The notes under the pieces are model-generated. The model was not told the DNA's origin, made no database searches, and saw only the letters and a program-made list of their open reading frames with translations. DNA of 64,000 nt, taken from Octopus vulgaris (Eukaryota). The stretch lies in the NCBI GenBank assembly GCA_951406725.2, contig OX597820.1, positions 101,990,001 through 102,054,000 on the forward strand. The letters run 5' to 3'. The translations under genes and the position numbers were made by a program. Below are positions 62,981 to 64,000 of the stretch, in pieces. How positions within the stretch are numbered: the stretch's first letter is position 1; each line of letters starts with the position of its first letter.

Positions 62981-64000
62981 TCCACAACACCCCTTATACT
63001 GGAAACAACATACGGAGTTCCTATTTACATTTTTTCTGCATATTGAGTAAAGCTATTTCCTGGACAGCACAGAGTCCTAACTTCTTTTCTGCTCACTAAC
63101 ACCTGAGTCTTAACTAAATTCATTTGAGGCTTCTCAGTTCTAGGGTCTGCTTCCATGCCTGAAATTTCTTCTCCCCTTTTAATTCTACTGTATAGGTATA
63201 AGAGGTAGATCATCAGTTCTTATAGCTAAATATAGCTCTTCACTCTGCAAAATAAGTCTTGAATTCTTATGATGGCCAGGGGAAGACTGAGAAATGAACC
63301 TCGAAGGACCCCAATTTTTATACTAAAGTTGTGTCTTAACTCATTATTTGCTCTCACTTTATCGACAGCACACTCAAAAACCATTTATCAATACCTACAT
63401 TCCCTAGAGACACCAGATTACTCAGCATAGCATTTTGTCAAAGGCCTTCTCCAACTTGGTGAACAATGAATGTTAGATATAGTGGCTTACTCTTAGCTTA
63501 GTACTTCTGTATGTGCCTCAGAGAAAATGCCATCTGTGCTACCTCTTTCAGGCATAAAACCACCCTGCATCTCATCTAAGCTAATTCAGTTCCTGATTGA
63601 ATATGATACTTCTTCTGTCACCTTCACAGCCTGGTCTAACAAGTTGATGCTTCAGTAATTTCCTCTCTCTAATGCATCTCCTTTGTCTTTTAACACTGTA
63701 CAATGATAGTGCTACACCAGTCATAAGGTACAACTACTTCCGGTACAACCTGATTAGATATTTGGGTGACAAGCACATATCCTATTTCAGATATTTTAAG
63801 CAAATAAAAAATATATAGAATGTCATTCAGGTTTATAGAAGATGTGGGTTTTGAGTTCCATGGGCACCCTTCATCTTCTTCTATACAAAAGGTTTTTAAA
63901 CCCAATATTTACACGCTAATATTTATAATTTTAACTGGTTCATGTTCAACTGTTAAAAACAAATTATTTCACGTTCTCACAAAGTTTCTAAATTTTTAAT

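Overview
AT-rich, repeat-dense eukaryotic DNA. The SINE, MITE and microsatellite repertoire looks like an octopod cephalopod genome (inference). Almost all ORFs in the supplied track are chance translations of SINEs and microsatellites. The window appears to be mostly intronic. Seven small minus-strand exons with canonical AG/GT boundaries and compatible phases (61705-61825 down to 5698-5772) join into an open, hydrophobic, unidentified multi-pass membrane protein. The introns hold several tRNA-derived SINE families, RTE-, Dong/R4- and HERO-like LINE remnants, piggyBac-, hAT-, Tc1/mariner-, MULE- and Helitron-type elements, and a probable solo LTR. The standout is a ~3.5-copy, ~99% identical tandem array of a 490-bp unit (26570-28297) inserted in the (TA)n tract of a SINE. 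Every unit carries a complete type I hammerhead ribozyme on the + strand (CUGAUGA...GAAAC...GUC), with an unusually long stem II and a near-palindromic stem III, and the rest of the unit folds into many G-U-rich hairpins. This is a candidate cephalopod non-LTR retrozyme that could produce a ~490-nt circular RNA. All calls were made by eye; no folding or database search was run.
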